Below, piece after piece: positions 9,433-20,321 of a DNA stretch of 64,000 nucleotides. Positions within the stretch are counted from its first letter, which is position 1; the number at the start of each line of letters is the position of its first letter. The position numbers and the translations under genes are program-made. The notes below the pieces were generated by a model. It was not told where the DNA came from. It did no database searches and saw only the letters and a program-made list of their open reading frames with translations. This DNA is from Daejeonella sp. (GTDB lineage Bacteria; Bacteroidota; Bacteroidia; Sphingobacteriales; Sphingobacteriaceae), in the NCBI RefSeq assembly GCF_046590655.1, contig NZ_JBKJUM010000042.1, forward strand, positions 17,395 to 81,394, read 5' to 3'.

Positions 9433-10710
9433 ATGAAGATGCAAAAATTAATATTTCTATTTTTCTGTTTGGTCAGCATAAATGTAGCAGCTCAGGCACC
9501 GCAAGCCAGTTATGCTATCATTATAAAAGGAGGGCGTGTAATTGACCCTAAAAATAATACTGACGGAGTTATGGATGTTGCAATTGATAAGGAGGGCAAA
9601 ATTGCGTTGGTGTCAAAAAATATCGATCCTAAAACTGCTACCCGGTTGGTAAATGCGAAAGGTTTGATTGTGACCCCGGGTATCATTGATATGCATACAC
9701 ACAATTTCGCTGGTGTTGAACATGACAGATATTTGAGAAATAGTTATTATGCAAATATGCCTGACGGGTTTACGTTTCGCGTAGGCGTAACAACTGTAGT
9801 AGACGCAGGAAGTGCCGGTTGGAAAACATTCGAGAAGTTTAAAGATCAAACAATAGACAGGTCACGAACGCGGGTACTTTCGTTCCTTAATATTGTAGGT
9901 GAAGGAATGCCGGGTGGTGCGTTCGAGCAGAATAACGATGATATGGATGCACATAAATCAGCTGAAATGGCGATGAAATATCCAAAGCTGATCGTGGGAT
10001 TTAAAGTCGCTCATTATAATAAGCCCGACTGGGTGCCTATTGATCGTGCGATTGAAGCAGGCAAAATGTCGGGAAACTTACCAATAATTGTTGACTTTGG
10101 AGGAGGCGGTTTGTCGCTTGAAGAATTGACGATTACGAAATTTCGCCCTGGCGATATCTATACTCACGCCTATGGCGGGGGCGGCGCCGGCCGTGAAGCA
10201 ATAACTGATCCGGTAACCAAACAGTTGCGTCCATTCGTTTTTGAATCACAAAAAAGAGGCGTCATTTGGGATGTCGGTCATGGTGCTGCCAGCTTCTCGT
10301 TCGAACATGCCATACCAGCCAGCAAAGCAGGTTTCTGGCCGGATGTTATTAGTACGGATCATCATGGGGGCAGCATGAATTCAGCAATGAAGGACATCCT
10401 TAACGTAATGAACAAAATGAGGGCGCTTGGAATGAGTGTCCCGGCGACTATTAATTCAGTTACCTGGAAGCCCGCGCAGGTCATTCATCATGAGGAATTG
10501 GGAAACCTGTCGGTTGGTTCAGAGGGTGATGTTACAGTTCTTCGTCTGCGTAAAGGAAAATTTGGAGTTTACGATCAAATGGGCCAGAAGGTACCTGCTA
10601 AACAAAGATTTGAATGTGAAGTTACTATTAAAAGCGGTCGTGTATTTTACGACCTTAACGGGTTAACTACGCCAATACCGAGAGTGGCAGGGGGGCTTCC
10701 GGCACTTTAA
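9433..10710 (+). CDS. Secreted amidohydrolase/deacetylase-family metallohydrolase (dihydroorotase-like)
   Basis: Sec signal peptide; PGIIDMHTH, GVTTVVDAGSAG, VGFKVAH, DIYTH, DVGHG and ISTD motifs. Confidence 0.85.
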   Translation: MKMQKLIFLFFCLVSINVAAQAPQASYAIIIKGGRVIDPKNNTDGVMDVAIDKEGKIALVSKNIDPKTATRLVNAKGLIVTPGIIDMHTHNFAGVEHDRYLRNSYYANMPDGFTFRVGVTTVVDAGSAGWKTFEKFKDQTIDRSRTRVLSFLNIVGEGMPGGAFEQNNDDMDAHKSAEMAMKYPKLIVGFKVAHYNKPDWVPIDRAIEAGKMSGNLPIIVDFGGGGLSLEELTITKFRPGDIYTHAYGGGGAGREAITDPVTKQLRPFVFESQKRGVIWDVGHGAASFSFEHAIPASKAGFWPDVISTDHHGGSMNSAMKDILNVMNKMRALGMSVPATINSVTWKPAQVIHHEELGNLSVGSEGDVTVLRLRKGKFGVYDQMGQKVPAKQRFECEVTIKSGRVFYDLNGLTTPIPRVAGGLPAL

Positions 10711-11216
10711 TAGTATCATGAATCAAGAATCAGTGCTGTCCGGTAAAAAAAATGACTGTGCTGATTATATGGGTTTTGTCCAAATAGAACTTATTTTTGC
10801 TCTCATTATTTTTTGCAACCCCTGGTTATGTCTTAAACAGAGTTAATTGATAATCCGGGACTTTTTCCTGGTAATGATTGGTTCGGCCCGGTTTTTTGAA
10901 GGCACCATTATTGACTGATCCGCGTTTGACTCAACAAGAACTAAGTAAACGGAATTAACTTTTGTTAGAGCGATTTTTAATGAGGAAAATATTACCCGAT
11001 TAGGGGTACGTTTTCTACGAAAATGCAATTTTATTTCGATCTTTTTTATACAAATGGAGCCCTTGATACTACAGGAGGCAATTAAATTTTCTTGACTGAA
11101 GTGGCTTAGTATTTGACAATTTATGCAGGAGGAGGAGGGTTTCTAGTGCATCTAAAAGAAGAAAGTTGAAATGCTGAGGGGGAGCTAAGGGGCTTATAAA
11201 TCTGCTGAAAAGTTTT

Positions 11217-14153
11217 ATGAGAATTATTGTCACTTTTATAATTTCCTCGATATTCGGTTTGTTATCGGCCTCTGCACAGTTTGAAGGGATAAAATTTACA
11301 GCTGAATTAAAGAACGCGATTTCCCATTCGGAGGCAAATGATTTTCTCCGTCTGACTGATACAGAAGAAGCGGTTGCTCATGAAATAATACGAGCAAATA
11401 ATAGCCCGCCAGTTGCTGTTAACGATGCCGCGAGGACAGAAACTAATACGGCAATTACATTCAGTATTGTAGAAAATGATAGCGATCCCGATGGGAATGC
11501 TACTTTAGACTTAACATCCATCGATATAGACCCGGGTGCGGGAACCCAAAGTACGTTTACAGTTGCTGGACAGGGCACATACGTAGCCAATAATAATGGT
11601 ACAATCACATTTACGCCTGTTACCTCATTTCAAACCGGGCAATTTACTGCAACTCCAATCTCTTACACAATAAAAGATAATACAGGACTTTCCAGTAATT
11701 CAGCAACTATCACTATGATGGTGAATCCAAAGACCGCTCCTGTCGCAAATCCTGACCAGGCAAGTACGCTTGAGGACACCAATGTAACTTTTAATTTGAT
11801 CGTTAATGACACTGATCTTAATGGGAACAATACTATTGATATCGCCAGTGTTGACATGGATCCAGCCGCTGCAGGGCGCCAAATTTCATTTACCGTTACC
11901 GGGCAGGGTACTTATACAGTTAATAATTCCGGGGTGCTTACATTGGTACCTGTCCCAAATTACAATAGTGGATCAGGTACTGCAACTTCCATTTTTTATA
12001 CTGTTGCAGACAGAGACGGCTTCCGGAGTAGTCCAGCCCCGATAACAGTAACCGTAACTGCAGTACCTGATTCACCGGTGGCTGTTGCTGATGTGGCTGT
12101 AACAAACGAAGACAACTCAATTACCTTTAGCCTTATCGCTAATGACACAGATGCCGACGGAAATAATACAATAAATCCTTCAAGTATCGATTTTGATCCC
12201 GGTACTGGTGTTTTAACGGTCTTGAGTGTCATTAATGAGGGTACTTACTCTGCGCTCTCGAATGGTACCATCACTTATACGCCAGTGGCCAACTACAATA
12301 GTGGCACGTCGAACGCCACACCAATCACCTATACAATCCGTGATAATTCCGGTCTTGTAAGCAATTCAGCACAGATTACCATAAGCGTAATACCGGTAAA
12401 TGATCCTCCGTCCGTATCTAATATTTCAAAGTCAGGAAACCAGGGGCAAATAATAGTTTTTATGGCAATTGATTTCAAAACTAAATTCACAGATCCTGAA
12501 AATTCGGCCTTGAGTAAGATTAGGGTTGTTAATCTCCCTCTTAATGGTAGCTTAAAACTATTAGGATCTGCTGTAACAGCAGGACAGGAAATTGACGCTG
12601 CCAGCCTTGACGCACTTACCTTTTCGCCGCTTCCGGGGTGGAATGGTATCACCAATTTTGGCTGGAATGGAAATGACGGCACAATATATTCGACTGCTAA
12701 TGCACTGGTTGTTATCACTGTCGCGCCTGTTAATCAACCGCCGATAGTTTCCGAAGTGATAAAAAATCATACCGATACCCAGCCCCTTATTTTTGTAGCG
12801 CTTGATTTTACAAATAAGTTCGCTGATCCGGAAAGCAGTGTCTTGGCGAAAATCCAAATAGTTAGCCTGCCTACTGGCGGTACGCTCAGACTATCCGGCA
12901 CTAATATAACTGCGGGCCAGGAAATTCCCTTGGGAAGCATTACGGGTATTACTTATTTACCTGATCCGGGACAAGCTGGGGTATTCAGTTTCAAATGGAA
13001 TGGGTCTGATGGGACACAATATGCACTGGTTTCATCAACTGTGACTATAAATATAGTAATTTCAAACAGGCCGCCCCTTGTAAACGACATAACTAAAAGC
13101 AGTACAGGTGTTACTCCGGTTTCTTTTGCTATAAGCGATTTTACCTCCAGATTCAGCGACCCCGAAAATAATTCTTTAATCAAAATTAAGGTGCTGACCC
13201 TTCCCGCCAACGGAATACTAAGCTTCAATGGTGTGAGTGTGATAGCCGCTCAGGAAATCAATCTTGCCGATCTGGCAAAGCTATCTTTTAAGCCGATAGC
13301 CAACTGGGGTGGTATGACTACATTTGCCTGGAATGGTCACGATGGCAACCAGTATGCGGTAAATTCTGCTAATGTTATTATTAGTATTTTGCTGCCCACA
13401 GATCCAAACGCCAAGATTGGTGCAGCCAAAATGCTTCATTTAGTTTCATACGGCACTAACGGATCTTATGACGTCAAATTCCTCTTTACACTAGTTAATT
13501 ATGGATCTAATGGTCTGGAGAAAATAAGCCTTCAGGACGATTTATCTCAAGCTTTTAGCGGCACAACATTTAGTATAAAAAATTTGACGGCACATGGAAA
13601 CCTCAGAGCTAACCCCTTATACAATGGTAGTTCCAATACAGAACTATTGCTGCCTTCAAGTATTTTAACAGGTGGTGAACAAAGTCAGGTGGAAATGGAT
13701 ATCAGCGTTCGTTTAGTCACACGCGCAGGATTATTTTATAATTATGCTTTTGCGGAGGGAAGTTCCGTAATAACTGCCGCAAAAGTTCAGGACAGATCAA
13801 CGGATGGCTTGAAACCTGATCCTGTTGTAGTTGGCGACGTGAGTTTGTCAGAAATAACTCCGATAGAGCTGGCCTCGCGACCTACCTTCATTCCTGAAGG
13901 GTTTACACCAAATAACGACGGCATAAACGACGTTTTGGCTATAGAGAATACACTTGGTCAGAAGATATCGATTGAGGTATTTAATAGGTGGGGGAACCGT
14001 GTTTATCGGGCAGTGGACTACAAAAATGATTGGGCTGGGCGTTGTACCGAAGGAATATACACGGGTCAGGATATTCCGGACGGTACCTACTTCTACGTGG
14101 TTATGGTGGAAAATAAAGATAAATTTGCTGGGAGTTTAACGGTTCAGCGGTAA
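11217..14153 (+). CDS. T9SS type-B CTD surface protein with tandem Ig/cadherin-like repeats
   Basis: Signal peptide; three PVA(V/N)xD...NDxD repeats; three PPxV...FxDPE...LP repeats; C-terminal FIPEGFTPNNDGINDV...FNRWG...GTYFY CTD. Confidence 0.9.
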   Translation: MRIIVTFIISSIFGLLSASAQFEGIKFTAELKNAISHSEANDFLRLTDTEEAVAHEIIRANNSPPVAVNDAARTETNTAITFSIVENDSDPDGNATLDLTSIDIDPGAGTQSTFTVAGQGTYVANNNGTITFTPVTSFQTGQFTATPISYTIKDNTGLSSNSATITMMVNPKTAPVANPDQASTLEDTNVTFNLIVNDTDLNGNNTIDIASVDMDPAAAGRQISFTVTGQGTYTVNNSGVLTLVPVPNYNSGSGTATSIFYTVADRDGFRSSPAPITVTVTAVPDSPVAVADVAVTNEDNSITFSLIANDTDADGNNTINPSSIDFDPGTGVLTVLSVINEGTYSALSNGTITYTPVANYNSGTSNATPITYTIRDNSGLVSNSAQITISVIPVNDPPSVSNISKSGNQGQIIVFMAIDFKTKFTDPENSALSKIRVVNLPLNGSLKLLGSAVTAGQEIDAASLDALTFSPLPGWNGITNFGWNGNDGTIYSTANALVVITVAPVNQPPIVSEVIKNHTDTQPLIFVALDFTNKFADPESSVLAKIQIVSLPTGGTLRLSGTNITAGQEIPLGSITGITYLPDPGQAGVFSFKWNGSDGTQYALVSSTVTINIVISNRPPLVNDITKSSTGVTPVSFAISDFTSRFSDPENNSLIKIKVLTLPANGILSFNGVSVIAAQEINLADLAKLSFKPIANWGGMTTFAWNGHDGNQYAVNSANVIISILLPTDPNAKIGAAKMLHLVSYGTNGSYDVKFLFTLVNYGSNGLEKISLQDDLSQAFSGTTFSIKNLTAHGNLRANPLYNGSSNTELLLPSSILTGGEQSQVEMDISVRLVTRAGLFYNYAFAEGSSVITAAKVQDRSTDGLKPDPVVVGDVSLSEITPIELASRPTFIPEGFTPNNDGINDVLAIENTLGQKISIEVFNRWGNRVYRAVDYKNDWAGRCTEGIYTGQDIPDGTYFYVVMVENKDKFAGSLTVQR

Positions 14154-15083
14154 ATGAGAGGCTTTATCATATATTCAATCGTAGTCTCGGTGCTGTCCTT
14201 TTTGACTTCCGGTTTTGTCAATGCACAACAAAAGCCAATGTATTCTCAATATGTTTTTAATACTTTGGCATACAATCCTGCCTATGCAGGAAGCAGAAAC
14301 ATTGTATCAGTAAGCGCATTATACAGGAATCAATGGGTAGGGATACAGGGCGCTCCGAAGACCGGAACCTTGACAGCAGATGCGCCATTTTCAAATGGTC
14401 GTATCGGGTTGGGGGTTCAGCTTATAAGTGACGAACTGGGCGTAACCAAGACTACGGGTGGGGCCATGAGTGCAGCATATCAAATTACATTTAATAATGA
14501 TGCGAAACTCTCATTAGGGTTGCAGGGGAGCATTAGTAATTTCAGGGCTAACTTTACTTCGCTCAACCTTAAAGCGGGCGGAGGGGGGAATGACCCCGTT
14601 TATCAACAGGACATAAACACGATTCTTTATAACTTCGGTTCGGGGATATATTTTTCAACTGAAAGACTATATTTTGGAGTTTCAGTTTTGGATATGTTAA
14701 ATAATCGCCTGAGGTCCAATTCATCCAATGCAAGGCAAGTGGGCCATGCTTATATTGCCACTGGTTATGTTTTCCCATTGAGTGATGATTTTAATTTGAA
14801 GACGGCAGCTCTTGTAAAGGGAGTGATTGGAGCGCCTATACAGGCTGACTTTAACCTTACGCTGTGGATAAAAAATGTGTTAGCGCTGGGGGTTGAATAT
14901 AGAACCAGTTCGGATATAGCCGCTTCTATGGAATTAAAAATTACTCAAAACATAGGATTAGGATATGCGTACGATCGAAGTACCACTAGTTTGAAGAGTT
15001 TTAACACAGGAAGCCACGAGTTTATGATAAGATATATATTTTCGTTTGACCAAAACAATTCCTTATCACCAAGATATTTTTAA
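14154..15083 (+). CDS. PorP/SprF-family T9SS beta-barrel
   Basis: QQKPMYSQYVFN..AYNPAYAG, YRNQWVG..GAPKT, GYAYD, GSHEF, C-terminal SPRYF. Confidence 0.93.
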   Translation: MRGFIIYSIVVSVLSFLTSGFVNAQQKPMYSQYVFNTLAYNPAYAGSRNIVSVSALYRNQWVGIQGAPKTGTLTADAPFSNGRIGLGVQLISDELGVTKTTGGAMSAAYQITFNNDAKLSLGLQGSISNFRANFTSLNLKAGGGGNDPVYQQDINTILYNFGSGIYFSTERLYFGVSVLDMLNNRLRSNSSNARQVGHAYIATGYVFPLSDDFNLKTAALVKGVIGAPIQADFNLTLWIKNVLALGVEYRTSSDIAASMELKITQNIGLGYAYDRSTTSLKSFNTGSHEFMIRYIFSFDQNNSLSPRYF

Positions 15084-15089
15084 GTTAGA

Positions 15090-17150
15090 ATGAAAAAAAC
15101 GACTGTGTTTCTTTTACTCATGTTTATGCTGGTCCATTCGATCAGCTGTTTGGCATTTTTTCAGGAGGATGAAGGCCCCCTCATGCAAAAAGCAATTAAG
15201 GAGTACAATTCTCTTAGATATGTTTCAGCCATTAAGGAATTAGAACGTGTCATAAAAAATGATTCTTCGAATGTGCGGGCCCAGGATATGCTCGCATCAA
15301 GCTATCGTAACACGAAAATGTATGATGAGGCCCTTTTTTGGTATGGAAAACTTACCAGACAGAAAAACATTAAACCTGAATGGGCACTTTATTTTGCAGA
15401 AGCACTTGCAAATAAGGAGCGGTATGAGGAGTCGGAAATATGGTATCGAAAGTATCTCGGATTGAAGCCCGGAGACCGCCGGGCTGAAGCGTTTAGTAAA
15501 GCGAAAGTCGGAGCACTCTCTGAAAATGAGAACTCTTGGGAGATAACATTCCTGAACATAAATACTGACGCCTCAGAGTACTCACCAATGTTATTTAGGG
15601 ATGGCTTATTGTTCGTAAGTAACAGGAATGAGAAATCGCGTTTTGTATTTGCCTGGGATCAGACTCCTTACACAGATATATTTGTAGTTGACAAGCTTAA
15701 GGATGTTCGCGAAAGTGATGAATCGTCTATTGAGCGACGTTTGAAGGGGGAGAGCAATTCACATAATTCCCTTATGGGCCTGTTGTTTGGAGGCAGTAAA
15801 GTGGATAAGCCTATTGAAATCGTAAGGCCTTTAACCGGAAAGGTAAAATCGACTTACCATGAAGGTCCGGCAGTAAGTTTGCCTGACGGATCGTTGATGT
15901 TTACACGGAATAATTATAACAATAAAAAAGCCGGCAGCAGCAGTTCAGGAATAAACAAACTAAAACTTTATACCGCAGTTGGCGATAATTGGGATGAGAT
16001 CATTGAGTTTCCTTATAATAGTGATGAGTTTTCTACGGGCCATCCAGCAGTAAGCACTGATGGTAAAGTTTTGATCTTCGCCGCTGATGGTCCCAGGGGA
16101 TACGGCGGTACAGATCTTTTTTATAGCGTCCGGGCGTCTGAGCGAGGTGCATGGGGACGGCCAGTTAACTTAGGTCCCAGAATAAATACTGAAGGCAATG
16201 AACAGTTTCCTTATTTGGACAAAAATGGCAAATTGTATTTTGCGTCCACAGGATACCCCGGGCTCGGTGGGCTTGATATCTTTGAGATTGTACTTAAGGA
16301 TATGAAACCGGTTGGAAAGCCCCGCAATCTTGGTGCTGGTATTAACTCTTCAGCAGACGATTTCGGGATAATAAAAGATCGCGATTCGGAAACTGGTTAT
16401 TTCAGTTCTAACAGGCGTGGAAACGATGATATATATCGGTTTACCAAGCTGGAAATTGATGTCAAGCTGCAAGGACTGATTCTTGATGCCAGAACTAATT
16501 TGCCGATTGCCGGAAGTAAGCTTTTAGTTAAGCACGGAGGAAAAATCGATACTATTCAAACAAACCCTTTCGGAGAATTTAGTATGCCCCTGGCTAAATC
16601 AGAGGATTATGAACTGAGCGCCAAGGCACTGAGTTATTTAAGCACACAGGAATTCACAAGTTCGAAAGGGATGACAAGTGACTCTACAATCAGTCTGGTA
16701 TTGAAATTAGATAAGGTGGATATTACTCAGAATTGGGTGGTCGATAACTGCGATTCGTTAAAGGCGAGTTTCGCCTTTAAGAATGTTCATTTTGATTTGG
16801 ATAATTCTCAGCTGCGGAAAGATGACTTATCCTCGCTGAAGCATATGGCTGAGTTGATGAATAGTAATCCACAGATTAATATTATAACCTCTAGTCATTG
16901 TGATAGCAGGTCATCAGAAAGCTATAACCGGGATTTGTCACTGAGAAGGGGAGAATCGGTAAAAAGTTATCTTATAAGTATGGGGGTTAGACCGGACCGG
17001 ATTGAAGTGAAATATTATGGCAAAAGCCGTTTGGTGAATTCATGTATAGAAGGGGTAAATTGTTCGGAAACAGACCAGGCCATCAATAGAAGGACGGAGT
17101 TCGAAGTCGTGATGAATGGTGTTAATCTTGCCCAGCTCGATTGTAAATAA
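15090..17150 (+). CDS. PorE-like TPR / PD40 / carboxypeptidase-regulatory-like / OmpA_C protein
   Basis: TPR N-terminus, PD40 repeats (GYGGTDLF, GLGGLDIF), OmpA C-terminus (HCDSR..YNRDLSLRRG..NRRTEF). Confidence 0.88.
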   Translation: MKKTTVFLLLMFMLVHSISCLAFFQEDEGPLMQKAIKEYNSLRYVSAIKELERVIKNDSSNVRAQDMLASSYRNTKMYDEALFWYGKLTRQKNIKPEWALYFAEALANKERYEESEIWYRKYLGLKPGDRRAEAFSKAKVGALSENENSWEITFLNINTDASEYSPMLFRDGLLFVSNRNEKSRFVFAWDQTPYTDIFVVDKLKDVRESDESSIERRLKGESNSHNSLMGLLFGGSKVDKPIEIVRPLTGKVKSTYHEGPAVSLPDGSLMFTRNNYNNKKAGSSSSGINKLKLYTAVGDNWDEIIEFPYNSDEFSTGHPAVSTDGKVLIFAADGPRGYGGTDLFYSVRASERGAWGRPVNLGPRINTEGNEQFPYLDKNGKLYFASTGYPGLGGLDIFEIVLKDMKPVGKPRNLGAGINSSADDFGIIKDRDSETGYFSSNRRGNDDIYRFTKLEIDVKLQGLILDARTNLPIAGSKLLVKHGGKIDTIQTNPFGEFSMPLAKSEDYELSAKALSYLSTQEFTSSKGMTSDSTISLVLKLDKVDITQNWVVDNCDSLKASFAFKNVHFDLDNSQLRKDDLSSLKHMAELMNSNPQINIITSSHCDSRSSESYNRDLSLRRGESVKSYLISMGVRPDRIEVKYYGKSRLVNSCIEGVNCSETDQAINRRTEFEVVMNGVNLAQLDCK

Positions 17151-17174
17151 ACGCCATATGATATTCTCTTGCCC

Positions 17175-19370
17175 TTAGTCAATGACTGTCGCAGATTCTA
17201 TGTATTCAACTGGTTTTCCTTCAGTTTTGACCTTATTTAGCACCCATCCAATGAATTTGTCGTTAATGGCAGACAAGTAATTTGCATATTGTTTTCGCTC
17301 GGGCGTCATTGACAGCCCGGCCTGGAAAACACTGAGCGTTTTGTCTGAAAAAGAAATCCACTCTTTTGCCTTGTTCAACGACTCCAGTGAAGGCGTTTCA
17401 ACGATTATTACATCGAAAATTGACTTCAAATTATCCAGTTTCTCTCTAATGGTGTTTTCGTCAGTGAGTTCAAATAGCGACTTATCACCCCCGCGATTAC
17501 CCATAACCATGATGCCGGTAGAAAAATTAGAGCCCGGTATAGCCCCTGTGTCAAAGTAATCTTCAATAAATAAAGTTGTTACGGAGTTTTGCGTAATTGA
17601 CGGGTGATCAAAATTGCCATCTATTAACAGCACTTTTTTGCTTACCATAACATATGTATAGGCGATACACGCAGCAATCAAAGTTTTTCCTTCGCCTTCA
17701 CCTAAACTGGTGATATTTAAAATACTTCCGCGGCTTCCCGCTATAGTAAGTTCTTTGTTTACTTCAAATCTTGTGGAGCGCAGTTGTTTTTTGAACTCTC
17801 GCATTTCTGCAGTTCCATGAAGGTTTCTCCAGATTCCTTTCAAATCAAGTGTTGAGTTGCCCACTAAATGCAAAAATCCAAGTACAGGAGCTCGTGTTGC
17901 TAATGCAAGTTCAAAAGGTCTTCTTATACGATCGTCAAGGTAGAACATTATTAAGAGAACAAGCAGGCATATTACACTACTTAGAATGCCGCTTAATAAA
18001 ACGAGTTGCAATTTTTTTGAAGGTTCTGGCTGGCCCGGCGTTGCGACTAGAACCTGTCGGAGTTGAACAGGGTATTCAGATTCCATTTTAGCCTGATTAT
18101 ACTGGGTCAACAGATCCTGATTTTCTTTATTCACTGTTTCGATTTCCCGGTCGAGCGCTTGAATAACATTCGCATGGGGTATGAGATTATCATACTTCCT
18201 TGATATAGCAGCGAGTTGAACTTTAAGTGAATTAAGGCTATACGTTGCAAGATCCAACTGTAAAGTTAGGTTCAACCTTTCTTGTATCAGATTTGGTCTG
18301 TTGTCAAGCGGATTGGCAATGGATTTATCAGGCTGACTGTCAATTTGTGTGTATTGTATTCTTTGCAGCGAATCGATAGACTTTTTATATACTTCGTCAA
18401 AATCACTTTGTACATATTTGTCATATAGTGAATGTATCTCTGACCGGGTAGACAATATACCCTGATTTATGTCGGGTAATGTCGACTCACCATTCCGGCG
18501 ATCTTCTGGATTAAATCTTTTATCCAGATTTGATATTGCGCCCCGAAAGGAAATGATGTCTTTTTCTGCTTGCTGAATACGAAGCTCATAATTCGCATTT
18601 TGATTCATAATTTGAGACGATTGTTCGTTCAAATTGAGTATGCGGTTTCTTATTTTGTATGACCTTAAGTTCGCAATGTGATCCTGAAGGGTCTTTGATT
18701 TCTGGTTTACCAAATTTTCCAGGAACTTAACAGATGAACGCTGGTCTCCTTTAACCAAATTGGTGTAATAACTTATGAATTCATCACTTAAAGTGTTTAC
18801 AACAAAAGCCGATAGGTCAGGGTTTGGCGAGGAATATTCTATATTTATTAAGTCAGTATCTTCAGGATGGTAAACACTTAGTGAAGACTTCAGCGACAAG
18901 TCATCATACTCCATAGATTGAAGAACATTATACAGCCTATTTTGCTCAGTGTCGCGCAAATTTAAACCTTCTTTCTTTGCATACTTTTCCCTCAAAATTT
19001 CCGCTGCATGCTTAATTGAATGATCATTCAGTTGTTTTAGAAGCGGACTTTTCTCTTTGAAAGGCTTGGATGTCAAATCATGCAACATGATTTGATAGGA
19101 AACCAAATTAAGCATGCTTTTTGACCTCATCACTTCGGCCATGTTTACATGTTTTTGAATAATACGGGTGTCCTGTGCACTGTTGTTACTCAAAACGGAC
19201 AATTCCTGGGTTTCGCCCATATTACCCGGTGTAATTTGAGCTTCGGAACGATAGGAGTCAGGCAGATTTCCGACAATAAAGAAGGTTATCACCATTGTTA
19301 TCACCGGAATGAGAACAGTAGTGAGAAAGTATTTCCTTACCCAAAAAATAAAGCTTTCAATTCCCCCCAT
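17175..19370 (-). CDS. Wzc/GumC-like polysaccharide co-polymerase with BY-kinase-like domain
   Basis: Two TM segments flanking a long coiled periplasmic region; Walker A GEGEGKT, LLIDG, Walker B-like IIVETP. Confidence 0.8.
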   Translation of the reverse strand: MGGIESFIFWVRKYFLTTVLIPVITMVITFFIVGNLPDSYRSEAQITPGNMGETQELSVLSNNSAQDTRIIQKHVNMAEVMRSKSMLNLVSYQIMLHDLTSKPFKEKSPLLKQLNDHSIKHAAEILREKYAKKEGLNLRDTEQNRLYNVLQSMEYDDLSLKSSLSVYHPEDTDLINIEYSSPNPDLSAFVVNTLSDEFISYYTNLVKGDQRSSVKFLENLVNQKSKTLQDHIANLRSYKIRNRILNLNEQSSQIMNQNANYELRIQQAEKDIISFRGAISNLDKRFNPEDRRNGESTLPDINQGILSTRSEIHSLYDKYVQSDFDEVYKKSIDSLQRIQYTQIDSQPDKSIANPLDNRPNLIQERLNLTLQLDLATYSLNSLKVQLAAISRKYDNLIPHANVIQALDREIETVNKENQDLLTQYNQAKMESEYPVQLRQVLVATPGQPEPSKKLQLVLLSGILSSVICLLVLLIMFYLDDRIRRPFELALATRAPVLGFLHLVGNSTLDLKGIWRNLHGTAEMREFKKQLRSTRFEVNKELTIAGSRGSILNITSLGEGEGKTLIAACIAYTYVMVSKKVLLIDGNFDHPSITQNSVTTLFIEDYFDTGAIPGSNFSTGIMVMGNRGGDKSLFELTDENTIREKLDNLKSIFDVIIVETPSLESLNKAKEWISFSDKTLSVFQAGLSMTPERKQYANYLSAINDKFIGWVLNKVKTEGKPVEYIESATVID

Positions 19371-19372
19371 AA

Positions 19373-20050
19373 TTAAAGGACCTCTTCAAGCTTTTTAGTG
19401 AGAAGTTCCTCCAAGAGCGCCTTTGCAGATAGAAAGTTCGATTCAATAGCAATTTTGTTTTGGATAGCTAAAGAAACAGCATGTTGACTTCGACTATATA
19501 CCTCAAAACTTGTTTCTCTTTTTTCATACCGGGATCTTGTTTCGCGACTCATGTTTTGCATGTCTGATACAAGCTTGGATTGTAATTTTAAAGCGTTGAC
19601 GTGTTGCATGTAAGCAAAATAACGGCGTTTGACTTCGCTTTCAATGGTAAGTTGATATTCTTGCTGCTCGTTTTGTGCAATTTTTTGCTCCAGTTTCGCT
19701 TGTTTAACATTAGCCGGTTTTTGCATAAGCGCTCCAAGATTTACTGATACAGCTGCCTGATAGCCATTAAAGATGACAGGATTCCGGATATTCTGAACGC
19801 TTTCTGGTGTGTAGAGATATGTAAAACTGAATGCGTCTAGCCAGGAAAGCTGTTCACTGGAAACATTGCTTTTAGCAATGTCAATACGCGCCTTGTACGA
19901 ATTTAGCCTGGGATAATTGTCTTTTGCAGTAGCAATTAATTTCTCAAGAAACACATTAGAGATTTCTGGCATCATGGAGTCCTGGCTCCTTGACGGAGGA
20001 GCCTGTAGAAGAAGGCAAACCAAACATAATAAAGCGTATTTTTTTACCAT
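19373..20050 (-). CDS. Short (single-repeat) TolC-family outer membrane protein
   Basis: Signal peptide; LEKLIATAKDNYP and EVKRRYFAY helices typical of the OEP repeat; only 225 aa. Confidence 0.7.
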   Translation of the reverse strand: MVKKYALLCLVCLLLQAPPSRSQDSMMPEISNVFLEKLIATAKDNYPRLNSYKARIDIAKSNVSSEQLSWLDAFSFTYLYTPESVQNIRNPVIFNGYQAAVSVNLGALMQKPANVKQAKLEQKIAQNEQQEYQLTIESEVKRRYFAYMQHVNALKLQSKLVSDMQNMSRETRSRYEKRETSFEVYSRSQHAVSLAIQNKIAIESNFLSAKALLEELLTKKLEEVL

Positions 20051-20070
20051 ATATTATTATTTTTCAATAT

Positions 20071-20093
20071 AAAAAAGCGGCCAGGCCGCTTTC
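20071..20093 (-). terminator. Intrinsic terminator-like hairpin between the response regulator and tolC
   Basis: Minus strand AAAGCGGC-CTG-GCCGCTTTTTT. Confidence 0.7.
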
Positions 20094-20321
20094 AACACTA
20101 TTCAGTAGTCAAATAAGAAAATTATTTAGAACATAAAAGGTATCATTTTTTTTTGTTTCTCTTTCAAAAAATATCTGTTTTCTTTCTGCTTTTTTTTGTA
20201 TTGATTAGCTAAGTCCAACGATAATTTTCTTGTTGTACACAGAAGGTGTACCAGGAAATGTCACTAGATCTTCAAATAACCTAATGTTGAATTTTTAGAA
20301 CTGAGTTTGCCAAATTTTTGC

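Noticed and set aside
10711-11216. ncRNA/riboswitch in long intergenic gaps (also 29846-30251 and 63406-63734)
   Set aside because: Only weak hairpins and no family motif I can recognise; an Rfam/Infernal search would be needed.
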